DNA of 60,605 nucleotides, the filler included, from a candidate division TA06 bacterium SM23_40 (GTDB lineage Bacteria; LJUI01; SM1-40): NCBI GenBank assembly GCA_001303705.1. It is 7 parts of 7 records of this genome, joined end to end, with 100 filler letters (N's around TTAATTAATTAA, not from the genome) between each part and the next. Parts side by side here need not be neighbours in the genome. Positions count along the whole stretch, not along the records: positions 48,875 to 54,730 come from LJUI01000155.1; positions 54,831 to 60,605 come from LJUI01000156.1; 5 more parts are not named here. One strand, written 5' to 3'. Positions within the stretch are counted from its first letter, which is position 1, and each line of letters starts with the position of its first letter. This document shows, piece after piece, positions 48,875 to 58,708 of the stretch. The translations under genes were made by a program, and so were the position numbers. Under the pieces are notes generated by a model. That model had not been told where the DNA came from. It worked only from the letters and a program-made list of their open reading frames with translations, and did no database searches.

Positions 48875-51861
48875 CTCTTGCCCCCTCCTCTGTCGAGGCT
48901 CTTCTTCAGGAGGGAGAGATCGTGGCCGGGGATCTCGGGCATCGCGTGCCCGCCGTCGTCGATGCCGGCCTGGCCGGGGGGGGGCAGGGAGTCGTTGTGC
49001 CGTTGAGGGACGATGCACGGGCGAGGGGACTGCTTGTCATATCGGCCGGCGGGCTGGGCAGGCTCACAGGGCGGGAAGAGCGTGTACTCAGGATGCTCGG
49101 GGCCCAGGCTGCCCGGTTTCTTGCGGATGTGGAGCGTTCGAATATCGCTCAGGAGGCGTGGAGGCTCCTTGCGCGGACCCTGCAGCAGCGAGAGCAGGCC
49201 GACCGTCTGGCGGACGTGATGGCCGCATGCACAGACTGGAGCCGCGCACTCGAGGAGGCTCTCAGAAGTGTGATGGGAGTATTCTCTGCTCCCGCAGGAG
49301 GCATCCTCGTCAAGGACGTGGTCAACTCCCTGGCCTCATATGAAGTTGTGCACGGCCTCTGGGCAGAGAGTCGGGAGATAGCCAGCTTCCCGCTCGGCGA
49401 GGAGGGTGCGTCGGCCGGTTTCCTGGGTGCGCGGCCTGCGGCCTGTCTGATCGACATCGAGAGGCTTGCGAGGCTGGCAGGAACCGAGATGGAGTTTGCG
49501 CAGGCAGCTCTCGCTACCGGGTTGCGCGCGATGATCTCTGTGCCGCTGGGGAGCGGGGAGGGACATCTCGGAGCCCTGCATCTGTTCTGGCGAGAGCCAG
49601 GCCGCGCGGAGCATGTCGATCGGGCGGCGCTGACTCAGGCTGCACGCTGGCTCCGCCTCGCTCTGACGAGGGTGAGGGTCGACCGCGATCTCGGACGACG
49701 GCTCGAGGGGCTGGCGGTGCTCGACCACTTCAGTCAGGATGTCGAAACGCCGCATGCGCTCGATGATGTACTGACTGGCCTTCTGACTGCTTCGGTCCAG
49801 ATCGTAGGGTGTCGCAGCGCGTGTGCCCTTGTCTGGGAGGAGGAGCGAAAACAGCTCGTGCTTCATTCGAGTGTGGGGCCTCTGTTTGCGGACATCGGTG
49901 AGGGCCGGGCGTTCCCCCACGGCGGTGTATCGCCCGCGATGCTCGCTTCTCTCGATGCTCACGGGCCCGTCTTCTTCCCGGACACGGAGTCAGCGGAGCC
50001 GTGGCTGAGTCTCATACCGTTCGAGGAGCTACCTGCGGGCGCGTTCATGCCGATTGTCACGCGGGGTAGTCTCGTCGCGATCGTTTGCCTTGGGGAATGT
50101 GGCCGTTCTCAGTTTGATGATGTTTGTCTCGATCTTCTGCGGTCGCTGTCGAGGCATGCCGCCGCCGCAACAGAGCACGTCAGACTCTTCGATGAGGTGC
50201 GAGAACGGGAGAGCGAGCTGGAGGACACAGTTCGGCGTCTCGATGAGTCGATTAAAGAGCAGAAGCGGGCGAATATCGAGCTCTCTGTTCTCCACAACCT
50301 CAGCGTCGCCATCCAATCGACGATCCGACTCGATGAGATTCTGGGCATAGTCGTAGAGGGCGTGCGGCAAAGTCTCGGTTTCAAGCGCGTACTGCTCAGT
50401 CTGCTCGACGACGTGAGTATGCGCCTGGAGCGCAAGGCGGCTGCCGGCGTGGCCGGGGAAGAGTTTGAAGACATACGGCGCGTCACGGTGCCTGTAGAGG
50501 ACCTGCACACGTTGCTACGGGAGGAGTTCCGGATCTCGAACTCCTATCTGATCACTCACACGGACGCCGAGCGCGCTCAGATCCGTCGATATATCGAGCG
50601 ATATGGGTACGCAGGCCCGGTCGATGATGTCGCCCCCGAATCTCACGAAGAGGGCAGATGGCATCCAGGGAATATATTCGTCGTTCCTCTGCGTTCGAAG
50701 GACGGCCGGCTGCTCGGGATCATGTCAGTCGATAGTCCGATCGACGGTCAGATCCCGAGCGAGGAGAGAGTACGATCCCTGGAAGCATTCGCCAGCTCTG
50801 CAACTCTGGCGATCGAGAATGCGAAAATGTACGAAGATGCGAGCCGTATGCTCTCAGGACTCTCAGGTGTGTCTGAGATATCGAGTGCGATCGGGATGAT
50901 CCGGCATCTGGAGGAGCTCCTCGAGGAGGTGGTTGAGATCATCCACCGGAAGTTCGCCTACCTCAACGTGGCATTGCTGCTTGTCGACGCAGAGAGGGAT
51001 GAGCTCTATGTCGCCGCCTCGAAGGGATACGAGGAGACAGACCTCGCCGATCTGCGCCTCAGGGTCGGAAAGGATGGAGTGACGGGGTGGGTCGCGCATA
51101 CGGGACAAGCTCAACTCATCCCCGATACTCGGAGAGAGCCACGGTACGTGGGGGATAAATCGGGGCCGAAGTCGGAGATTGCGGTGCCGCTCCTCACAAA
51201 GAGCGGAATCATCGGGGTGCTCGATGTCGAAAGGGAAGGCATTCATTCGCTGCGTGAATACGATCTCAGTCTGCTCGGAGCTCTTTCCACTCACATCTCA
51301 GTCGCCATCGAGAACGCGAAGCTATATGAGCAGACGGAGAGGCTCGCTGTCACTGATGCGATGACGGGTCTCTATAATTACCGGTATCTCCAGGAGCGGC
51401 TCGCGGATGAGGTCGAACGTGCCGAACGACGCGGTCAGCGGCTCTGTCTGATGATGGCCGATATCGATAACTTCAAGACATACAACGATACCTTTGGACA
51501 TCTCCGCGGTGACGAAGTCCTGCGCGATATGGCCTTGTTGTTGCAGGAAAACGTCAGACAGATGGATGTCGTGACGAGATATGGCGGCGATGAATTCATG
51601 ATCATACTTCCCGAGACCGATCGAGATGAAGCTCTGTCCATCGCTGAACGCATCCGTCTCCGTGTCGGGAGCTGGGGACTGCAGGCAGGTCTCGGGCCGT
51701 CGGCAGGGGAGATCGGCGTGAGCATCGGCATCGCCGTCTATCCGGATGATGCGGAGAGTGCCGACCTTCTGATCGATAAGGTGGACAAGGCATTGTACCG
51801 GGCCAAGGAGTTCAGGGAGGTCGGAATAAGCTTTCTTTACACTGATGGGGGAAAAGGGTGA
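48875..51861 (+). CDS. Multi-GAF diguanylate cyclase (probably 5' truncated)
   Basis: At least four GAF domains (ISVPL, VVPL..LGIMSVD, SEIAVPL, AIENA linkers); TDAMTGLYN, DIDNFK.YND.FGH..GD, I-site RQMD, RYGGDEF. Confidence 0.93.
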
Positions 51862-53141
51862 GGCGTATCGGGCGCTTGGGAGGGAGACGCGGCCTCGGAC
51901 TCTTGGGCACCCCGCGCCTGCTCAAGGGTTACCTGTTTCTCGGTGCGGTCATACTGGCTGCGGCCTCGCTTCTCTACACGAACCGCCTGGCGAGACGGCT
52001 CGAGCATGCTCAGCAGACGACGAGTATGGTCTTCGCCAGGGTGGCTGCAGATCTCAGCTTTTCCGCGGCTGAGAGTGCAACTCCTGACGTCTACCTTCCG
52101 CTCGTCCGCCGCATCGATTTCCCGGTCATCTTCACAGATATGAACGGTGTGCCCCGCGCGTGGCGAAACGTTGCAATCGATCCGCGCGCCGTGGATAATG
52201 AAGAGCTGGAGAGGGTCGATCCTAACGTGCCTCCGTCGGGGGCGGTGGCGGAGCTGATGGAGATCGTCGCCCGGCTCGACAGAGAACGCGAGCCAATTCC
52301 CCTGTACGCGCCTGATTCGACGATAACAGGATACCTGCACTACGGGGTCTCTCCGATCGTACGGGAGCTCTCCTGGGTCCCCTGGCTGCAGATTCTGCTC
52401 GTCACGCTCTTCATCGTCATCGGGTTCATCGGGTTTCTGACTATCCGGCGTGGAGAGGAGAACTCGATCTGGGTCGGCCTGGCCAAGGAGACGGCTCATC
52501 AGCTCAGCACCCCTCTCAGCGCCCTGCTCGGCTGGCTGGAGCTGGTGAAGGAAAAGACTCGTGCGTTCGATCTCGGGAGGCCGGAAGCGGAGAGTATTGA
52601 GCGGGTCACTCAACAGATGGCCAGCGATGTCGAGAGAATGCAACGGATCGTGACGCGCTTCTCAAAGATCGGAAGCCCCCCCAAGCCGGAGTGGGAAAAT
52701 CTGGAGACGATTCTCCACAAAACGGTCGAATACTTCGGACAGCGACTCCCTCGTCTGGGGAAGGAGATATCGATCGTCGAGAATTACACTGAGTTGCCGG
52801 AAGTCTGCGTCGACGGTGAGTTGCTGAGCTGGGCCCTGGAGAATGTGATCAAGAATTCACTCGATGCGATCGCAGGCCGAAAAGGGACGATATGGGTCTC
52901 CGCACGGCGTGATGGAGATCATGTCCGGATTCTGATCCGGGACAGTGGGAGGGGTATGTCCCACGAGGAGAGTCGCCGCGTTTTCTTGCCGGGGTACAGC
53001 ACAAAGCACAGCGGATGGGGGCTCGGTCTGCCCCTGGCGAAGCGAATCGTGGAGCAGTATCACGGAGGGCGAATCTACCTGCAGGAGACGAGGCTTGGAC
53101 GCGGGTCGACGTTCGCCATCGATTTGCCCGTGCTTAGCTGA
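51858..53141 (+). CDS. Membrane sensor histidine kinase
   Basis: Two TM helices; H-box KETAHQLSTPL, N-box ENVIKNSLDA, DSGRGM, GWGLGL; 4-bp overlap with the cyclase stop. Confidence 0.93.
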   Translation: MRRIGRLGGRRGLGLLGTPRLLKGYLFLGAVILAAASLLYTNRLARRLEHAQQTTSMVFARVAADLSFSAAESATPDVYLPLVRRIDFPVIFTDMNGVPRAWRNVAIDPRAVDNEELERVDPNVPPSGAVAELMEIVARLDREREPIPLYAPDSTITGYLHYGVSPIVRELSWVPWLQILLVTLFIVIGFIGFLTIRRGEENSIWVGLAKETAHQLSTPLSALLGWLELVKEKTRAFDLGRPEAESIERVTQQMASDVERMQRIVTRFSKIGSPPKPEWENLETILHKTVEYFGQRLPRLGKEISIVENYTELPEVCVDGELLSWALENVIKNSLDAIAGRKGTIWVSARRDGDHVRILIRDSGRGMSHEESRRVFLPGYSTKHSGWGLGLPLAKRIVEQYHGGRIYLQETRLGRGSTFAIDLPVLS

Positions 53142-53165
53142 TTAGCAACCGATGTCGGACTGCCG

Positions 53166-54722
53166 ATGAAAGAGCAACGAGAAATTCTCTGGGTTGATGA
53201 TGAGATAGAGCTTCTGCGCTCGCACATCATATTTCTTGAGCAACGGCAATACCGCGTCACACCGGTCAGCAACGGTGACGATGCGGTCAGCATGCTCAAG
53301 GAACACAACTTCGATCTCGTCCTGCTCGATCAGATGATGCCGGGGCGTGACGGCCTGTCGACACTCGTCGAAATAAAGGAGATCGACTCGAACGTCCCTG
53401 TCGTCATGGTGACGAAGTCAGAGGCCGAGGAGTTGATGGATCATGCGATCGTAAGGCAGGTCGATGACTACCTCGTGAAGCCCCTCAATCCGCACCAGAT
53501 CATCTCTGTCTGCAAGCGGATCCTCGACGCACAGGATATTCAGGAGAAGCAACTGGGAGAGGTCTATGTCGCTGAGATGAACCGGCTCAAGAGATCCCCT
53601 GCCGTGGATTGGCGGGGGTGGGTCGAGATCCATCAGAAACTCTCGGACTGGGATATCCGCCTCGAGCGGTTCAGAGACATGGGGATTCAGTCGCTCCAGG
53701 AGGAGGCGAGGCAGGAAGCGAATGCCTCGTTCGGGCGCTTCGTCACAGATCGCTACCGGGATTGGATCGAAGGCGGAGATGCTCCGTTGCTCTCCGTTCA
53801 GCTGATCCGAGATCGTATTCTCCCGGAGTTGGAGCGGTCCGAGCAGGTGATCTTCGTCGTTTTGGATTGCATGCGGCTCGATCAGTGGCTCGCCATTGAG
53901 CCGCTTATCCGCGACTACTATGACTTAACGAAGGGTTTCTATTACTCGATTCTGCCCACGGCCACTCCGTACGCGCGAAACGGGATATTCAGCGGACTAT
54001 TTCCCTCCGAGATCGCACGGGCATTCCCTCAGTATTGGATCGAGCAGCACGAGGAGGGAAGCAAGAATCGATTCGAGAACGAGCTACTCGAGGCGCATCT
54101 GGCGCGCCTGCGTCCGAGGTCCTCTCAGATCCACAGGTATATCAAGATACTGAGTGCGGACGATGTCCAGGCGATGCGAAAGCGAATGGATGTGTTGTTC
54201 AGTCAGCCGCTAACGGTCATCGTCGTGAACTTCATGGACATCCTGGCGCACGCTCGATCAGAGTCAGAAGTCCTCCAGGAGATCGCTCCCGATGAGAGCG
54301 GATTCCGCAGCTTGACGAGGACATGGTTCCAGCATTCTGTTCTTTTCGAAGTGCTGAAGGTGCTCGCGCACAGGCCCTGCACCGTGGTGCTCACCACAGA
54401 CCACGGGAGCATCTGTGGGCGAAGAGCCACGAAGGTCTTTGGGGGGAGAGAGATATCCAGGAATCTGCGCTACAAGTTCGGTCACAATCTACGGTGTGAT
54501 CAACGTCACGCGCTCTATATCCGTAATCCTCAGGAGTACAAGTTGCCGCGCGAGAGCGCAACCAAGCGCTATGTGATAGCCAAAGAGGATTACTACTTCG
54601 TCTACCCAACTCACTACCATGAGTATAGGCGCCAATATCGGGATACGTTTCAGCATGGTGGGATCTCTCTCGAGGAGATGGTGCTTCCGATCGCAATCCT
54701 GCATCCGAAACTGATCTCCTAG
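53166..54722 (+). CDS. porX: PorX-like response regulator (receiver plus PglZ/alkaline phosphatase domain)
   Basis: Receiver WVDDE, LLDQMMPG, TKS, KP; PglZ motifs DCMR.DQW, SILPTATPYARN, D..AH, TTDHG, FQHGGISLEEM; 518 aa. Confidence 0.88.
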   Translation: MKEQREILWVDDEIELLRSHIIFLEQRQYRVTPVSNGDDAVSMLKEHNFDLVLLDQMMPGRDGLSTLVEIKEIDSNVPVVMVTKSEAEELMDHAIVRQVDDYLVKPLNPHQIISVCKRILDAQDIQEKQLGEVYVAEMNRLKRSPAVDWRGWVEIHQKLSDWDIRLERFRDMGIQSLQEEARQEANASFGRFVTDRYRDWIEGGDAPLLSVQLIRDRILPELERSEQVIFVVLDCMRLDQWLAIEPLIRDYYDLTKGFYYSILPTATPYARNGIFSGLFPSEIARAFPQYWIEQHEEGSKNRFENELLEAHLARLRPRSSQIHRYIKILSADDVQAMRKRMDVLFSQPLTVIVVNFMDILAHARSESEVLQEIAPDESGFRSLTRTWFQHSVLFEVLKVLAHRPCTVVLTTDHGSICGRRATKVFGGREISRNLRYKFGHNLRCDQRHALYIRNPQEYKLPRESATKRYVIAKEDYYFVYPTHYHEYRRQYRDTFQHGGISLEEMVLPIAILHPKLIS

Positions 54723-54730
54723 AGATGGAA

Positions 54731-54830
54731 NNNNNNNNNNNNNNNNNNNNNNNNNNNNNNNNNNNNNNNNNNNNTTAATTAATTAANNNNNNNNNNNNNN
54801 NNNNNNNNNNNNNNNNNNNNNNNNNNNNNN
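54731..54830. other. Artificial contig linker
   Basis: N run with TTAATTAATTAA. Confidence 0.98.
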
Positions 54831-54944
54831 CTCATAGATCCAAAGAGCGCGGCCGACCTCGCACTCGCCTGCTGTAAGGGGTACCGGCTGCCGGAGCCTA
54901 CGCGGATCGCGCATCAGCGAAGTCGCGAGGCCAAACGCCGCTGA
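54831..54944 (+). CDS. nfi: Endonuclease V, C-terminal fragment (absent from the ORF track)
   Basis: Manual translation LIDPKSAADLALACCKGYRLPEPTRIAHQRSREAKRR*; YRLPEPTRxAH is the EndoV C-terminal signature. Confidence 0.85.
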   Translation, partial: LIDPKSAADLALACCKGYRLPEPTRIAHQRSREAKRR

Positions 54945-55132
54945 GGGCTGTCGGCCATCAGGCGATCAACCGTTATGATGGCAGCACGTCAAGTCTCGGT
55001 CAGTTCTGGAGTTCTATCCACTCACGCTTCCCTATTGCGTTCGAAGCTGTCAGGTAGCACAATGCGAATGTCCGCTGGCAACTCAGAGACATTCAGTCGC
55101 AGATGGGAGCCGAAAAGGAGGAGGTGAAGAGC

Positions 55133-55324
55133 GTGACTGAGCCATTCCCGAAGTGTCTCAAATGCGAGCGAGGCGTTCTCGTGCCCCTCTCCGACTACGG
55201 GAGAGAAGGTGCATCCATACGCTACAAGGCATGGGTGTGCACGAACCCCGACTGTGGCTTCAATCTTCGCATCGATAACGGAGAAGTGTCGATCGGGCGG
55301 ACGATAGGGTTCTCCACGAAGTAG
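55133..55324 (+). CDS. Small zinc-ribbon hypothetical protein
   Basis: AGGAGGAGG RBS, GTG start (alternative 55103); CLKC...CTNPDC. Confidence 0.75.
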   Translation: MTEPFPKCLKCERGVLVPLSDYGREGASIRYKAWVCTNPDCGFNLRIDNGEVSIGRTIGFSTK

Positions 55325-55550
55325 CAATCGAGTCACACGGTATCCCGGCACAGCTGTGTTCGTCCGGACAACGCTTGGGGACGGCATGCCATCACCGATG
55401 GGATATTCGTCGCTCGGCCCGTGACACCCCCGCCTGATCGCGGACCGCCTATTTGGTGCAAGCCGCCGTCGGGAACAGTACGTGGCGCCCCCCCGTGAGG
55501 GCGCCGCTTCTGCTTCAGCGATGCGCAGAGGATGAGAAGGGACAGCACGA

Positions 55551-56267
55551 ATGATCAAGGCAGTCGTCTTCGATCTCGACAATACGCTTGTCGACTTCGT
55601 CAAGATGAAAGAAGGTGCGATCGACGCCGCCGTCGATGCCATGATCGACGCAGGGCTAACGCTCCCACGCGACGACGCCAAGCGCAAGATCTTCGCGATC
55701 TATGAGAAAAAGGGAATCGAATTCCAGCAAGTTTTCGATCTCTTTCTCCAACAAGAGCTGGGCGAGATAGACTACAAGATCCATGCCGCCGGCATCGTCG
55801 CATATCGCAAGGCGCGCGAGGCGGCACTCGTTCTCTATCCGCACGTCAACCTCGCGCTAATGGAACTGGCCAAGCGCGGCCTCAAATTGGCGGTGGTCTC
55901 TGATGCGCCGCGCCTCCAGGCCTGGCTCCGGCTCTGCTACCTTCAGCTCCAGCACATCTTCGATGTCGTCGTCACGTATGACGATGCCGGCGCGCGCAAG
56001 CCAGATCCAGCTCCGTTCCAGAGGGTACTCAATCAACTGATGGTAGAGCCGCACGAGGCACTCATGGTGGGCGACTGGCCGGAGCGCGACATCACCGGAG
56101 CCGCGACGATCGGAATGCCCACGGTCTTCGCCCGGTACGGAGATACGTTTGGAACGGTGCATTCCGGAGCTGACTTCGAGATCGATGATCTTCTCGAACT
56201 CATCGATATCGTAGAAGGCAGGAGGAAGCCGGATCGGAAGCGAGGAGAGAAGCCACAGAAAGCATAG
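55551..56267 (+). CDS. HAD-superfamily hydrolase, subfamily IA
   Basis: FDLDNTL, VVSD, RKPDP, MVGDWPERDI. Confidence 0.92.
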   Translation: MIKAVVFDLDNTLVDFVKMKEGAIDAAVDAMIDAGLTLPRDDAKRKIFAIYEKKGIEFQQVFDLFLQQELGEIDYKIHAAGIVAYRKAREAALVLYPHVNLALMELAKRGLKLAVVSDAPRLQAWLRLCYLQLQHIFDVVVTYDDAGARKPDPAPFQRVLNQLMVEPHEALMVGDWPERDITGAATIGMPTVFARYGDTFGTVHSGADFEIDDLLELIDIVEGRRKPDRKRGEKPQKA

Positions 56268-56312
56268 TAGCGAACAGGTAGATATCGGGCAGGAAGCCCG
56301 AGGAGCGAGTCC

Positions 56313-56804
56313 GTGGTGGCTAAGAAGAGATCCACTCAGCGGCTGGCAGGAAGAGATGTGGCGAATACGCCGCGCGATAAGGCCCGACACGACGCTGCCG
56401 TGGGGAATGAACGTTCACCTCTCGCACAGGCGAACGACAACCCTCCAGGTGTCGGGATCGATCTCGTCTCAGTGCGCCGCCTGGAGCAGGTCATCGCTCG
56501 CTGGGGCTCCCGGTTCCTCGATCGCATCTTCACGCCAGGTGAGATCGCGTTCTGCGAATCTCGCCACAGCAAGATCCAGTCCTACGCGGCACGGCTGGCG
56601 GCGAAAGAGGCTCTCTCGAAGGCGCTCGGCATGGGACTCGGGCCGGGAATGCGGTGGCGGGATATCGAGACGGTCGCCCGCGCTTCGGGCCGTCCAGTTC
56701 TGGTTTGCCGCGGGACGGCCGGCTCTCTCGTCGCCGGACGGACCGTTCTGTTGAGCCTCTCTCACACCGATGATCACGCGGCGGCAGTCGTCCTCATATT
56801 CTAG
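56313..56804 (+). CDS. acpS: Holo-[acyl-carrier-protein] synthase
   Basis: GVGIDLV, RIFTPGE, AARLAAKEA.SKALG, SGRP, LSLSH; start uncertain (N-terminal extension). Confidence 0.9.
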   Translation: MVAKKRSTQRLAGRDVANTPRDKARHDAAVGNERSPLAQANDNPPGVGIDLVSVRRLEQVIARWGSRFLDRIFTPGEIAFCESRHSKIQSYAARLAAKEALSKALGMGLGPGMRWRDIETVARASGRPVLVCRGTAGSLVAGRTVLLSLSHTDDHAAAVVLIF

Positions 56805-56912
56805 TGAACATATTTCGCCGGGAACCGATCCGATGGCGGGCACCATACCGGATCCGTCCGGGTCGGCGCGTTGCATGGGCGCTATCCCCGGCGGCAAATC
56901 GAGGAGTGCACA

Positions 56913-58553
56913 ATGGGTCTCCCTGTTGTTACCCCCGATGAGATGAAAGCTATCGACCGCATTGCCATCGAGGATGTGGGAATTCCCGGCCATGTCCTCA
57001 TGGAAAATGCGGGACGCGGCGCATTCAGCGTCATAGAGGAACTTACCGGATCTGTAGTCGGCAAGCGCGCGCTTGTCTTCAGCGGGCGGGGGAACAACGG
57101 TGGTGATGGATTCGTCGTAGCACGGTATCTCCACACCCGAGCCGCCGACGTCACTGTCTATCTCCTCGCAAAAAAGCCCGACGTCAGCGGCGATGCGCGC
57201 ACCTATATGGAGGTCGCCGAGAAGCTCGCGATCGAAGTTGTCGAGGTGACTCATGAGAAGCAGATAGTAGATATCGAGAAGGATCTCGAGGACGCCGACA
57301 TCATAGTCGATGCCCTGTTCGGGACGGGTTTCAAGGGAGAGGTGAACGGTATCGCCCGGGCGGTGATCGAGCTGCTCAATGAGTCCGCGGCATTCATCAT
57401 CTCTATCGACATCCCCTCCGGCGTCTCGGGTGCCGATGGCAGCGCCGGCGACATCTCGGTGGAGGCCGACGCCACTGCAACGATGTGTCTTCCCAAGATT
57501 GGTCTCGTCCTGTACCCGGGGAGAGCGCAGTGTGGGCAGATCTGGCTCGTCGATATCGGCACACCTCCTTCGATCATCCATGACCGCGACATCGGCGCTC
57601 TCCTGGTAGACGATTTCGATCTCCTCAGCATCCTCCCCTGGACCCCACCTGATGCCCATAAGGGCACCTGTGGCCGCGCGCTCGTCATCGCCGGCTCGCG
57701 CGGCATGACCGGTGCTGCCGCCCTCACGTCACTCTCCGCGCTCCGCGCAGGCGCAGGTCTCGTCTTCCTCGGCATCCCGGCCACCCTCAACTCCATCCTC
57801 GAGGAGAAGGTGACAGAAGTGATCACGAGACCCCTTCCCGACGCCGGCTCAGGGGCATTCGCAGCCACTGCCCTCGACGAGATAGTCCCGCTTCTCGATC
57901 AGGTCGATGCCCTCGCCCTCGGCCCGGGCCTGTCGACCCATCCGGAGACGGCTGCCCTCGTCCGCTCGCTCACTGAACACCTGACCCTGCCCGCAGTCAT
58001 CGATGCCGACGGCCTCAACAATCTCGCCAGCTCGAGCGAACTCCTCAAGGGACATGAGAATCTCGTGATCACACCTCATCCCGGGGAACTGGCTCGGCTC
58101 CTGGGCACAACCATCGACGATATCCAGCGTAACCGGATCGATGCCGCGCGGTCCACAGCCCGGGACCTCGGCGTCGTCGTGCTTCTCAAGGGAGCCCCCA
58201 CGGTCGTCGCCGCCCCCTCGGGTCCGGCCTGGATCAATACGACAGGCAATCCCGGTCTCGCAAGCGGAGGTACCGGCGATGTCCTGACGGGAATCATAGC
58301 CGGCCTTCTCGCCCGTGGGCTCGAGGCCGATGAGGCAGCGGTCGCGGCTGCCTATCTCCACGGGCTGGCCGCGGATCTGGCCGCCTGTGAGGGAAGCGAA
58401 GATAGTCTCATCGCCGGCGATGTGCTTGACCAGCTGCCCCAGACCTTCGCCCGTTTCCATCGGCTGCTGGAAGGAGAGCGCGAAGATTCGGTGGGACAGG
58501 AAGAGATCGACGCAAGGATGCGCCCTTCCTGGATCCATCCCATACTCGAATGA
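56913..58553 (+). CDS. nnr: Bifunctional NAD(P)H-hydrate epimerase/dehydratase
   Basis: LMENAG, GRGNNGGDG, DALFGTG, HKG..G, GPGL, DADGL, TPHPGE, GNPGLASGGTGDVL; GAGGAG RBS. Confidence 0.95.
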   Translation: MGLPVVTPDEMKAIDRIAIEDVGIPGHVLMENAGRGAFSVIEELTGSVVGKRALVFSGRGNNGGDGFVVARYLHTRAADVTVYLLAKKPDVSGDARTYMEVAEKLAIEVVEVTHEKQIVDIEKDLEDADIIVDALFGTGFKGEVNGIARAVIELLNESAAFIISIDIPSGVSGADGSAGDISVEADATATMCLPKIGLVLYPGRAQCGQIWLVDIGTPPSIIHDRDIGALLVDDFDLLSILPWTPPDAHKGTCGRALVIAGSRGMTGAAALTSLSALRAGAGLVFLGIPATLNSILEEKVTEVITRPLPDAGSGAFAATALDEIVPLLDQVDALALGPGLSTHPETAALVRSLTEHLTLPAVIDADGLNNLASSSELLKGHENLVITPHPGELARLLGTTIDDIQRNRIDAARSTARDLGVVVLLKGAPTVVAAPSGPAWINTTGNPGLASGGTGDVLTGIIAGLLARGLEADEAAVAAAYLHGLAADLAACEGSEDSLIAGDVLDQLPQTFARFHRLLEGEREDSVGQEEIDARMRPSWIHPILE

Positions 58554-58708
58554 GCGTGTTGCCCGGATGGTAGCCGGTATATGGAAGCCGGCATGCCACA
58601 GATAAACGTTCTATTCTCCTCTACACCGGCAATGGTCGAGATCAGAGAATAGATGACGGGCTGTACCTACCTGTATATCATGTGGGACTGGAACCGGAAA
58701 GGATAGAG

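Noticed and set aside
53166-54722. PglZ domain as evidence of a BREX defence system
   Set aside because: It is fused to a receiver domain next to a histidine kinase (PorX architecture), and no brx genes are present.
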